Source: a virus
Lineage: Duplodnaviria > Caudoviricetes
Length of the DNA stretch: 27,610 nucleotides
IMG/VR virus record: IMGVR_UViG_3300030207_000665
Coordinates: 1-27,610 of that record
Strand: one strand, 5' to 3'
Both the position numbers and the translations under genes were made by a program. The notes below the pieces were generated by a model. The model did not search any database. It was not told where the DNA came from and saw only the letters and a program-made list of their open reading frames with translations. Shown here one piece after another: positions 10,114-18,413 of this stretch (position 1 is the stretch's first letter; each line of letters begins with the position of its first letter).

Positions 10114-10117
10114 AAAT

Positions 10118-10147
10118 CAAATAAAAATTAACTAAATATATTATATA
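10118..10147 (+). promoter_or_regulatory. Putative late promoter, copy 2 (CAAAT-N14-TATATTATATA)
   Basis: One-mismatch copy with identical spacing. ATG 10150 follows almost immediately. Confidence 0.65.
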
Positions 10148-10149
10148 CT

Positions 10150-10863
10150 ATGCCATGCGAAGAATGTGAAAACGGAAAATACAAATGGGGGAAAACAGGA
10201 AGCTGTGAGTATGACTCTTTAGCTGAATGTGAAGAAGCCAATAAAGACTACTATGAAAAAGAAACTAGAATAGTAGAATTATTAATTGATGAAGATAGTC
10301 AAGAACTAGCTATTGATGCAATAAGTTTAGTAACTGCACCAGCTATAGAAGAAGACTTTGTTTATTTTGGAAAAGAAAAAAACAATCTAACTTTTGCTAA
10401 AGTAGATGAAGAAAAGCGTATGCTAGTTTCTCCTGCTTTAATACCAAACAAGCAGATATTTAGATACGACCCTAATACCGATTCAGAATACTATGTTTAC
10501 TTTAGTCCTGAAACTGTACGTAAAGCGTCAGAACTTTATTTAAAACACAATAATCATCATAAAGCTACTTATCAACATCAAGATAGAGTAGGCGGCGTTT
10601 TAACTGTTGAGTCTTGGATAAAAGAGGGTGATATGGATAAGTCAAAGTTATACGGTTATGATTTACCGAACGGAACGTGGTTTGTTAAAATGAAGATAAA
10701 CAACAACGAGCTTTGGTCTAAGATTAAAGACGGAGAGCTTCGCGGTTTATCAATAGAGGGATATTTTACTGACAAAATGGAAAACCTATCAGAAAGAGAG
10801 CCTACAGACGAGGAAATACTATCAGCTTTAAACGAAATAATACGTGAAAATCAAACAAAGTAA
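10150..10863 (+). CDS. Prohead protease (XkdF-like) with a Cys-rich N-terminal extension
   Basis: AISLVxxPAIE, PALIPNKxIxR, VESWI, LPNGTWF and GELRGLSIEG motifs. Precedes the scaffold and capsid genes. Confidence 0.8.
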   Translation: MPCEECENGKYKWGKTGSCEYDSLAECEEANKDYYEKETRIVELLIDEDSQELAIDAISLVTAPAIEEDFVYFGKEKNNLTFAKVDEEKRMLVSPALIPNKQIFRYDPNTDSEYYVYFSPETVRKASELYLKHNNHHKATYQHQDRVGGVLTVESWIKEGDMDKSKLYGYDLPNGTWFVKMKINNNELWSKIKDGELRGLSIEGYFTDKMENLSEREPTDEEILSALNEIIRENQTK

Positions 10864-10881
10864 TTATTATTCTATTATATA
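10852..10881 (+). promoter_or_regulatory. Putative late promoter, copy 3 (CAAAC-N14-TCTATTATATA)
   Basis: Exact motif upstream of the scaffold-capsid genes. Confidence 0.75.
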
Positions 10882-10910
10882 CTACATACTAAACTAAAAT
10901 AAAAAATACC

Positions 10911-11639
10911 ATGGACATTAAAGAAAGAATTTTAGTTGCTCTAGGACTTAACAAATCTGAAGGAGAAGTTAAATTAGAGTGGCAAGCAAAAAGCGAAGAC
11001 GGTACAATATTTGTATCTACCGCTGAAGAATTAGAAGCAGGCGTTGACATCTCAGTTTTAACTGAAGATGGAACTACAATTTTATTACCTGTAGGCACTT
11101 ACAAGACTGATACTGGAGTAAGCTTCAGAGTTGAAGAAGAAGGTATCGTAGCAGAAGTTATTGAATCAGAAACTGAAGAAGAAGACACAGAAGATGATTT
11201 AGCTTATGAAGACAAAGAAGAAATGGCTGAAGAAAATTTAGAGGAGAAATTCCCAGAAACTGAAGCTGAAAAAACTGACTGGGCTAAGACTTACGAGGAA
11301 ATGAAAGATAAAGTAGATAACTTAATGGATGCAGTAGCTGACATTAAAGCTAGATTAGGAGAAAGAGATACTGAAGATGTAGAAATGACTGAAGAAGTTG
11401 TTGAGCCATCTGCAAGTCCTAAAACTATTAAGACTACAGAAGTAAAAGAATTTTCAGCAGAAGAAGAACTAGAGAATTTAAAAGCAGAAAATGAAAAGTT
11501 AAAAACAGAATTAGCTTCACTACCTGCTGACAAACCTTTAAATACAAATAAGTTTAGTTCTGATAAAGCTCCTTTATCTTCTAAAGAATACAAAAAATTA
11601 ACAAAACAAGAAAGATTTTTATACAATCTAAATAAATAA
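10911..11639 (+). CDS. Putative capsid scaffolding protein
   Basis: Very acidic 242 aa with coiled-coil segments, lying between the protease and the major capsid gene. Confidence 0.7.
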   Translation: MDIKERILVALGLNKSEGEVKLEWQAKSEDGTIFVSTAEELEAGVDISVLTEDGTTILLPVGTYKTDTGVSFRVEEEGIVAEVIESETEEEDTEDDLAYEDKEEMAEENLEEKFPETEAEKTDWAKTYEEMKDKVDNLMDAVADIKARLGERDTEDVEMTEEVVEPSASPKTIKTTEVKEFSAEEELENLKAENEKLKTELASLPADKPLNTNKFSSDKAPLSSKEYKKLTKQERFLYNLNK

Positions 11640-11663
11640 TATTAACTAAAAAACAATAAAAAA

Positions 11664-12581
11664 ATGGCATTTAACGTAACATCAAACTTTTCTGGAAAAG
11701 CGGCTGGTTTTTATATTTCAGCAGCTTTAAAAGAAGCAAAATCGTTAGACTTTTTAACTTTGATTGAAAACATCAAATTCAAATCTAACATTCAAAGAAT
11801 GGCAGGTACTACTGTTGTAAGAGATGCAACTTGTGACTTTACAGACCATGGAACTTTAGCATTAACTGAGAAAGTTCTTGAGCCTAAACAATTACAAATC
11901 AACTTAGACTTATGTAAAGATAACTTACTTAAATCTTGGGAAGCTTTACAAATGAGAGCTGGAGCAGGAGCACCACCACCTGTATCATTTGAAGACTATG
12001 TAATATCTTACTTAGGTGAGATTATTGCTGATGCGGCTGAAACATCTATCTGGTCTGGTGTAGCTGCTAATAATGGTGAGTTTGCAGGTTTCTTAGGAAC
12101 AGGTACAGGATACTTATTACCAGGAGTTGACGCTACTGTAATACAGTCTTCTGCTTCAGGTGCTTATACTGCTGCTAACATTATAGCTAACTTACAAACT
12201 TTAACTGCTGATATGGCAGCTAACGTTTCTCCTATTTTGAGAAAAGAGGACTTATATATATACATGAATGCTAAGACTTATGCATTCTATATTTCTGCTG
12301 TATCTACTTTAGGATATGTAAACGCTTATAACATGAACGGTGACTATGAGCCTGTATTTGAAGGATATAAGATTGCAGTATGTCCAGGAATGGTTGATAA
12401 TCAGTTAGTAGCTGCTACAAGAAGTAACATGTTTGCAGGAACTGATTTACTTTCTGACACTACAAGAATTGCTTTACTTGATATGGCTGCTTTAGACGGT
12501 TCAGACAACATAAGAGTAGTATGTAAATACTCTATGGGTGTTCAAACTGGAGTTGGTGCTGATATTGTAAGACAATCATAA
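11664..12581 (+). CDS. Major capsid protein
   Basis: 305 aa after protease and scaffold. Capsid-like motifs (CDFT, LTEKVLEP, IWSG) and a strong hairpin downstream. Confidence 0.8.
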   Translation: MAFNVTSNFSGKAAGFYISAALKEAKSLDFLTLIENIKFKSNIQRMAGTTVVRDATCDFTDHGTLALTEKVLEPKQLQINLDLCKDNLLKSWEALQMRAGAGAPPPVSFEDYVISYLGEIIADAAETSIWSGVAANNGEFAGFLGTGTGYLLPGVDATVIQSSASGAYTAANIIANLQTLTADMAANVSPILRKEDLYIYMNAKTYAFYISAVSTLGYVNAYNMNGDYEPVFEGYKIAVCPGMVDNQLVAATRSNMFAGTDLLSDTTRIALLDMAALDGSDNIRVVCKYSMGVQTGVGADIVRQS

Positions 12582-12598
12582 TAAACTTAATTAATAGA

Positions 12599-12625
12599 AG
12601 TGGGTGCTTCGGCACTCACTCCTTT
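12599..12625 (+). terminator. Hairpin AGTGGGTGC-TTCG-GCACTCACT with a weak U-tract (partial terminator or mRNA stabiliser)
   Basis: 9-bp stem with one G-U pair and a cUUCGg loop, right after the capsid stop codon. Confidence 0.7.
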
Positions 12626-12647
12626 AACCTTTAAAACATAAAATAAT

Positions 12648-13214
12648 ATGGCATGTAGAACACTTACGAAGGGTAGAGGGCTTGACTGTAACAGAATCAG
12701 CGGAGGAATTAAGTTTATATATTTCGCAGTTTATGACCAGGTGACTTCAATACCTACAGCAGATGGTGCAATTACTGATTTAGAAATGGGGACTAATATG
12801 TTATATAGATACACAATGCCTTTAGGCGTTGCGAGTCTTACAGACACTATTACAGGTAGTAGAGAAAACGGAACTATTTTCTACACTCCTACAGTAAACA
12901 TCATGTTAAACAGATTAACAAAAGAAGACCAAAACGAGATAAAGCTTTTAGGTCAAACAAAAGTAATAATATTTGCACAATTAAATCAAACAGTAACAGC
13001 TACAGGACACGACGTTATTGTATGTTTAGGTAGTGTAAATGGAATGGAACTTAACGCAGGAACAATGGATTCAGGAGCAGCATTTGGAGATAGAAACGGT
13101 TATACTCTAACATTTGACGGTTTAGAGCATCAGCCTTTCCAATTTGTACCAGATTACACGACTAACCCATTTGACAACGCAGGATTCACACTTGGAGGTG
13201 TAGATTCTAACTAA
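12648..13214 (+). CDS. Putative major tail tube protein
   Basis: 188 aa with MAC...GRxLDC...GGIK, SRENGTIFY and GAAFGDRNGYTLTF motifs. Adjacent to the capsid gene. Confidence 0.6.
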   Translation: MACRTLTKGRGLDCNRISGGIKFIYFAVYDQVTSIPTADGAITDLEMGTNMLYRYTMPLGVASLTDTITGSRENGTIFYTPTVNIMLNRLTKEDQNEIKLLGQTKVIIFAQLNQTVTATGHDVIVCLGSVNGMELNAGTMDSGAAFGDRNGYTLTFDGLEHQPFQFVPDYTTNPFDNAGFTLGGVDSN

Positions 13215-13247
13215 AATAATTAGTAGTTTTCATTATATTTCTTGATT

Positions 13248-13277
13248 GAGGGGTGCTTAGGCACTCCTTTTTCTTTT
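13248..13277 (+). terminator. Intrinsic terminator GAGGGGTGC-TTAG-GCACTCCTT followed by TTTCTTTT
   Basis: GC-rich stem plus U-tract, immediately before late promoter copy 4. Confidence 0.85.
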
Positions 13278-13284
13278 AATAATA

Positions 13285-13314
13285 CAAATAAAATCAACTT
13301 ATTTCTATTATATA
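13285..13314 (+). promoter_or_regulatory. Putative late promoter, copy 4 (CAAAT-N14-TCTATTATATA)
   Basis: Exact motif right after a terminator and before the 13330-portal gene block. Confidence 0.75.
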
Positions 13315-13329
13315 CTAGACGAACTAATT

Positions 13330-13809
13330 ATGATACAAGCAATAACTGAAACAGATTTAATTTTTTATCTACAAACTGAAGACAACCGTATAGATACTTC
13401 AGTTGATTCGTCTAAGATTAGATACTTAGTTAAGTTTACAAATGATATGGATAAGTCAGTACAATACGCTTACTCTGACGTTCATTTAGTTTACGACAGA
13501 TATACTAAGTTTAGTTTTAGTTACAATGCTACTCCTGACGTTTATACAGGTGCAGTAAACTTTAAACCTGCTGGATATTATAAGTATGAGGTGTTTGAAG
13601 TTAGTTGGACAGGAGCGGTAGCAATTAGTGCAGGGAATGCACCAATAAATGAAGATGATGTGTTACCTATAGGCGCTACTCATGGTGTGGTACAGGGTTT
13701 AGTGACTAAGGGTAAAATGAATGTATCTGAAAAAGATGGAACGCAGCAGGTTCAGTATACACAAAGACAAGAGCCTAGCGGAACAAATTATATATATTAC
13801 GGACAATAA
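13330..13809 (+). CDS. Putative virion structural protein
   Basis: 159 aa, beta-rich (GYYKYEVFE), in the late block. Confidence 0.5.
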   Translation: MIQAITETDLIFYLQTEDNRIDTSVDSSKIRYLVKFTNDMDKSVQYAYSDVHLVYDRYTKFSFSYNATPDVYTGAVNFKPAGYYKYEVFEVSWTGAVAISAGNAPINEDDVLPIGATHGVVQGLVTKGKMNVSEKDGTQQVQYTQRQEPSGTNYIYYGQ

Positions 13810-13820
13810 AAAATTAAAAA

Positions 13821-14081
13821 ATGGCAATAGAAAACGTACAACAACTATTAACTGAGCAATTAGGAAAGAATGCAGGAACTGAAGTGTTTACAGGTGCAGT
13901 ATCAGGTAAAGATTTTTATGCAGTATACTTCCCTGTACAAAGCGTAGTAAGTGCTATAACTGCTGCAGGAGTAACTAATGCAACAGCTTTACAAACTACA
14001 CTACCTGCTGGAACAACTTTACTAATGGGTATACAAGCTATGACACTTACTAGCGGTATAGCAATAGGATATAAAGAGTAA
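13821..14081 (+). CDS. Small putative virion protein
   Basis: 86 aa, Ala/Thr/Gly-rich, ending in TLTSGIAIGY. Confidence 0.5.
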   Translation: MAIENVQQLLTEQLGKNAGTEVFTGAVSGKDFYAVYFPVQSVVSAITAAGVTNATALQTTLPAGTTLLMGIQAMTLTSGIAIGYKE

Positions 14082-14755
14082 TGAAGTCACTAAAACTAGG
14101 ATTAAGTTTAACATCAATGAAGTATGGTGCTTGGTCACCTGCTGATGAAAGTAATTTAGAAGCGTGGTATAAGTACCAAACAGGAATTACTTTAAATGGT
14201 TCTGATGTGTCTGCGTGGGCAGATAGTTCTTCTAATAGTTTTAATATGGTACAAGCTACTGCAAGCGAGCAGCCTGCTTACAATTCAGGAGCTATACAGT
14301 TTACAGCCGCTGATACTCATAACTTAGGTTCAGCTAGTGATATTACTTTAAGTGGTGCATTTACTGTAGGAATTAAATTAAATCCTGATGTATCTAATGT
14401 AACTGTTATAGGTTCTAATACTACGACAAACGAATTCTTTAAAATTAGTACAAGTACAAGTTTAAGATTTAAAACAGATGGTTCTCAAGTTGACATTAGT
14501 TTAGATAGCGGTAGTTTTGTTGGAGATAACTATTTAGTAATTACAAGAAATTCGTCTAACTTAATTACGTTATATAAAAATGGAGTAGCGCAAGCAGATA
14601 CAGAAACATTAGCAGGAACTGCTGATATTAACGCAATAGGGGTAAGAAGAACAGACCTTAATCCTTATGATGGCACTATTAGTGAAATACAAATATATGA
14701 CACAGAAAGTGCAGCATTAACAGCTAATGTAAACAATTACTTATCAAACTTATAA
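14081..14755 (+). CDS. Concanavalin A-like lectin/LamG domain virion protein
   Basis: LEAWY, VSAWADSS, NLITLYKNG and YDGTISEIQIYD match the LamG/ConA pattern. Confidence 0.75.
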   Translation: MKSLKLGLSLTSMKYGAWSPADESNLEAWYKYQTGITLNGSDVSAWADSSSNSFNMVQATASEQPAYNSGAIQFTAADTHNLGSASDITLSGAFTVGIKLNPDVSNVTVIGSNTTTNEFFKISTSTSLRFKTDGSQVDISLDSGSFVGDNYLVITRNSSNLITLYKNGVAQADTETLAGTADINAIGVRRTDLNPYDGTISEIQIYDTESAALTANVNNYLSNL

Positions 14756-14756
14756 A

Positions 14757-16808
14757 ATGGAAAATATACTCAGTATAAATTTAGAAACGCAAACTGCTCC
14801 TATAATTCAGGAGGTAAGAGGTAGAGATTATATAGAATACGGTACAGATGACTGGAAAAACCTCTACCCTCAGTTTCTTATAGACCTTTACTACAACTCG
14901 TCAACCCATGCGGCAGTTATTAATTCTACAGCCGAAATGATTGCAGGAGAAAACTTATTTGTAGAAGATGAAGACACTAATTTAGACGCTTATGTAAAAC
15001 TTAAAAAGTTTATGCGTCACGCAAATAGTAAAGAAACTTTACATCAAGTAATAAAAAAAGTAGCGTTTGATTTTAAGCTACAGGGGGCATACGCTTTGCA
15101 TATTGTGTGGAATAGAGAGCGTACACAAATTGCTGAAGTATACCACGTTCCTGTAGAGCGAGTAAGAGCAGGAAAACCGAATGAGTTAGGAAAAATAGAT
15201 ACTTTCTATATTAGTGCTGATTGGAGTAACATAAGAACGCACAAACCTTATCCGATAGCAGCTTTTAATGTTAATGATAGAACATCAGGAAGTCAATTAT
15301 TATATACAGGTTCTTATAGTCCTAATATGGACATCTACCATACACCTGATTATCTTGCAGGCTGTAACTGGGCATTAGTTGACCAAAAAGTAGCGGAGTT
15401 TCATTTAAACAATATTAATAATTCTTTTTCTGGCTCGTACATGTTTGCGTTCAATAATGGAGTTCCAACTCAAGCTGAGCGTTTTCAAATAGAGCAAAGC
15501 CTTACTGATAAATTTACGTCTAGTGCAAACGCTGGCAAATTTATACTTTCATTCTCAGACAATCGTGACAGGTCGCCAGAAGTTACTCCTTTAAATACAG
15601 CAGACTTAGATAAGCAGTATTTAGCCTTACAAGAACTTTTAGTGCAGAACATTCTGACAGCTCATAGGGTGACGTCTAAGACACTTATGGGTATTGATAG
15701 TACTAACGGGTTCTCAAGCAATACAGACGAGCTTATAAACGCTGCAAACTTTTATTTAAATACTGTAGTTAGACCTTTTCAATTAAATATCTTAGACACT
15801 TTACAGACTATATTTTCTGTAAACAATATGGACTTAGAAGTTGACTTTGAGCAATTAAAACCTATTACAGTACAGTTTGATAGTAAGACTGTAAGAGAAG
15901 TAATGACTCAAGATGAAATAAGAGAATCTTTAGGGTTACAACCTTTAGCAGATGATGAACAGACAGCAGAACAAGAAGTTAAATTAGCTAAAGCAGGAAT
16001 GATAGACGGTCAGCCTGTTTTTACAACTATTGAAGAAGCAGAGGCTCACGCAAAGACAATTGGCTGTGAAGGTTATCACCAGCATGAACTAGAAGGAGAA
16101 ACTGTGTATATGGCTTGCACAGGTCACGACGAAGCTACAGAATTAAATAAATGTAACTGCGTAAACTTAGAAAGTGATTATACAGAGTTACAAAATTTTA
16201 TTACTGAATTTGGAGAAGATATGCCAGAGGACTGGGAATTATTAGATGAAGAAAAAGTAGACGGAGAACACGAAGATTTTGATTTTGAAGCAGAGTTAAA
16301 TAAAATTGCATCAGAAAAAATACAATTAGCATCAACAGGTAGGGCAAACCCAAACGCTAGAAGTTCACAAGATGGATTAAATAAAGATGGAACTTTTTTT
16401 TATAAAGTAAGATACGTTTATACTAAAGATGATTTTTTAAAGCAAGAAGGAGAAACTAGAGATTTTTGCAGAATTATGATGTCAGCAGGGAAAGTATATC
16501 GTAAAGAAGACCTTATTAGAATGGGTTCTCAAGCTGTTAATCCAGGTTGGGGGCCTCGTGGTGCAAACACGTACTCAATCTGGTTATGGAAGGGCGGTGG
16601 CAACTGTCACCATTACTTCCGCAGGCTCATTTTCCGAGCACCAGCAGCAGATGATGAAGCGGTTTACTATGAAGACAACATAACATCTGACACTTTAATA
16701 GGATATACTAAAGCATTGTCAGAAGGTTTTACTGCTGAAAGAAATAACCCTTTAGTAAATAAACCCCCTAAAAGAATGAGAAATAACGGATTTTTAGAAC
16801 CTAGATAA
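14757..16808 (+). CDS. Portal protein with long C-terminal extension
   Basis: N-terminal ~400 aa are portal-like (YGxDxxxNLYPQFLIDLYxNSSTH, ILTAHRVT, MTQDEIRESLGL). About 270 extra aa carry Cys/His motifs. Confidence 0.85.
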   Translation: MENILSINLETQTAPIIQEVRGRDYIEYGTDDWKNLYPQFLIDLYYNSSTHAAVINSTAEMIAGENLFVEDEDTNLDAYVKLKKFMRHANSKETLHQVIKKVAFDFKLQGAYALHIVWNRERTQIAEVYHVPVERVRAGKPNELGKIDTFYISADWSNIRTHKPYPIAAFNVNDRTSGSQLLYTGSYSPNMDIYHTPDYLAGCNWALVDQKVAEFHLNNINNSFSGSYMFAFNNGVPTQAERFQIEQSLTDKFTSSANAGKFILSFSDNRDRSPEVTPLNTADLDKQYLALQELLVQNILTAHRVTSKTLMGIDSTNGFSSNTDELINAANFYLNTVVRPFQLNILDTLQTIFSVNNMDLEVDFEQLKPITVQFDSKTVREVMTQDEIRESLGLQPLADDEQTAEQEVKLAKAGMIDGQPVFTTIEEAEAHAKTIGCEGYHQHELEGETVYMACTGHDEATELNKCNCVNLESDYTELQNFITEFGEDMPEDWELLDEEKVDGEHEDFDFEAELNKIASEKIQLASTGRANPNARSSQDGLNKDGTFFYKVRYVYTKDDFLKQEGETRDFCRIMMSAGKVYRKEDLIRMGSQAVNPGWGPRGANTYSIWLWKGGGNCHHYFRRLIFRAPAADDEAVYYEDNITSDTLIGYTKALSEGFTAERNNPLVNKPPKRMRNNGFLEPR

Positions 16809-16810
16809 CT

Positions 16811-17374
16811 ATGGCATACGTATTATTTATATCAGAAAGCAAGCTAAAAGATAGCACAGCAATTAACCTTAATGTAGACCCACAAATATTATTGCCTTAT
16901 GTTTTACAGGCACAGAAAATTTATGTTGAAACAAAGCTGGGTACTAATCTATACAAAAAATTAGAAGATGAGATAATAGCAGGTACTTTAGCAGGTGCTT
17001 ATAAAACCTTAGTTGATGAGTACATAGGAGATATGTTACCTTCTTGGGCGTTACACATGTGTATACCTTATTTACGCTTTAAAGTAGAGAACGGTAATAT
17101 ATATTCTAAAACATCTGAAACAGGTACACCGCTAAGCACAGAAGAAGCTCAACACCTTAGAGAAGAAGTTAGAAACAATGCAGAATACTTTACAGAAAGA
17201 ATGATAAAGTATATTACAAATAATATAAGTGACTTTCCTGAATACAGTACAAATTCTGGTGCTAATGTTAATCCTGACCAAAACGCTTACTATAACGGTA
17301 TGAACTTAGAAAGACCAATGCGACAGGGAACAAAACTTACTTTAAGAGATTTTTTAAACCCTTCAGACTACTAA
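16811..17374 (+). CDS. Putative head-tail adaptor/connector
   Basis: 187 aa directly after the portal, with LFIS, NVDP, AQxIY, LGTxLY and FPEY motifs. Confidence 0.6.
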   Translation: MAYVLFISESKLKDSTAINLNVDPQILLPYVLQAQKIYVETKLGTNLYKKLEDEIIAGTLAGAYKTLVDEYIGDMLPSWALHMCIPYLRFKVENGNIYSKTSETGTPLSTEEAQHLREEVRNNAEYFTERMIKYITNNISDFPEYSTNSGANVNPDQNAYYNGMNLERPMRQGTKLTLRDFLNPSDY

Positions 17375-17490
17375 TGAAAAAATATTACAAACCTAAAGTA
17401 AAGAACGTTACTAAACTTAAATCTTACTTGGATAAAAAAACTAAAAACAATGACAGAAGTAAAAGACACAATTCAAGTAGGAGTAGCTAA
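17374..17490 (+). CDS. Small basic 38-aa peptide MKKYYKPKVKNVTKLKSYLDKK... (not in ORF track)
   Basis: TAATG coupling to the upstream gene; Lys-rich. Confidence 0.45.
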   Translation: MKKYYKPKVKNVTKLKSYLDKKTKNNDRSKRHNSSRSS

Positions 17491-17611
17491 TACATCAGCT
17501 ATAGCATTTAGTATAACTGACTGCAACGAAATACTAACGCTAGTTTCTTTAATACTAGCTATATCATTCACTATATATAAATTTTTTAAATATGAAAAAA
17601 ATAATCTGTAA
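17450..17611 (+). CDS. 53-aa membrane protein, holin-like (not in ORF track)
   Basis: MTEVKDT...ILTLVSLILAISFTIYKFFKYEKNNL has a hydrophobic helix and charged tail, upstream of the putative endolysin. Confidence 0.6.
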   Translation: MTEVKDTIQVGVANTSAIAFSITDCNEILTLVSLILAISFTIYKFFKYEKNNL

Positions 17612-17690
17612 AATTTTACTTTTGCTTTCAGCTAACAAGTTTTGTTTGAATTTGTGTGATAAAAATTGTAAACTTGAAAATACTAAATAG
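17592..17690 (+). CDS. 32-aa Cys-rich peptide MKKIICKILLLLSANKFCLNLCDKNCKLENTK (not in ORF track)
   Basis: ATG start overlapping the previous gene. Its stop abuts the next ATG (17691). Four Cys. Confidence 0.4.
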   Translation: MKKIICKILLLLSANKFCLNLCDKNCKLENTK

Positions 17691-18213
17691 ATGGCTCGTA
17701 AGGTTGTTACAAGCACTTATAAGAGTTCTAGAAAGAAACGAAAGGGAGTACACTCCAAAAACGCAAGTAGAGGACAGAACGCCTATAAAAAAGTCTACAG
17801 AGGTCAGGGGCGTTAATCTACTAATAATTAGAGATACTTTTACAGAAAATTCTACTATCGGTAAATTGTTTATTGATGGGGAAAGTTTTTGTGATACGCT
17901 AGAGCTTGCTTGGAAAAACAATGTAAGAAATATAAGCTGTATACCTGCTGGAGAATATAAGGTTAGACTTAGATTACCACGTGAAAGTGCTACAAGAGAT
18001 TATGTACATCTATTAGTTAAAGATGTGCCTGATAGAGATTATATACTGTTTCATAGGGGTAATACATCAAAAGATACAAGCGGCTGCATTCTAGTAGGAA
18101 ACGGTCGTGAACAAGACGCTGTTAAGAACTCAAGATTAGCTATGGATTTACTTATAAAAGAAATAATTAACTTGGGCGGCGAAAACATTAATTTAATAAT
18201 CAAAAATAAATAA
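17656..18213 (+). CDS. DUF5675-like protein (L,D-transpeptidase-like fold), putative endolysin; start uncertain
   Basis: STIGKL, CDTLE, SCIPAGEY, ILFHRGN and DTSGCILVG motifs, flanked by small membrane proteins. Confidence 0.75.
   Translation: MIKIVNLKILNRWLVRLLQALIRVLERNEREYTPKTQVEDRTPIKKSTEVRGVNLLIIRDTFTENSTIGKLFIDGESFCDTLELAWKNNVRNISCIPAGEYKVRLRLPRESATRDYVHLLVKDVPDRDYILFHRGNTSKDTSGCILVGNGREQDAVKNSRLAMDLLIKEIINLGGENINLIIKNK
17691..17816 (+). CDS. 41-aa highly basic peptide ending KKVYRGQGR (not in ORF track)
   Basis: MARKVVTSTYKSSRKKRKGVHSKNASRGQNAYKKVYRGQGR. I recall the YRGQG C-terminal motif from small marine phage proteins; not verified. Confidence 0.65.
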   Translation: MARKVVTSTYKSSRKKRKGVHSKNASRGQNAYKKVYRGQGR

Positions 18214-18215
18214 TT

Positions 18216-18413
18216 ATGAAAAAGTTTTTAGAGAAGTACCTAATTGGTCAAATGGTAAAAAGCAAGAAGTTCTGGTATGCTATCAGTTCGGTAGTTGTAC
18301 CTGCTATTGTTTCTTACTTAGGAGTTGATGAGTCAACTGCTAAAGATTTATATTATGCAATTCTTACTTTAATTGTTGGACAGGGTATAGCAGATGTCGC
18401 AAAAAGAAAGTAA
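18216..18413 (+). CDS. Holin-like protein with two hydrophobic segments
   Basis: KSKKFW followed by two predicted TM helices and GQGIAD. Adjacent to the putative endolysin. Confidence 0.65.
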   Translation: MKKFLEKYLIGQMVKSKKFWYAISSVVVPAIVSYLGVDESTAKDLYYAILTLIVGQGIADVAKRK

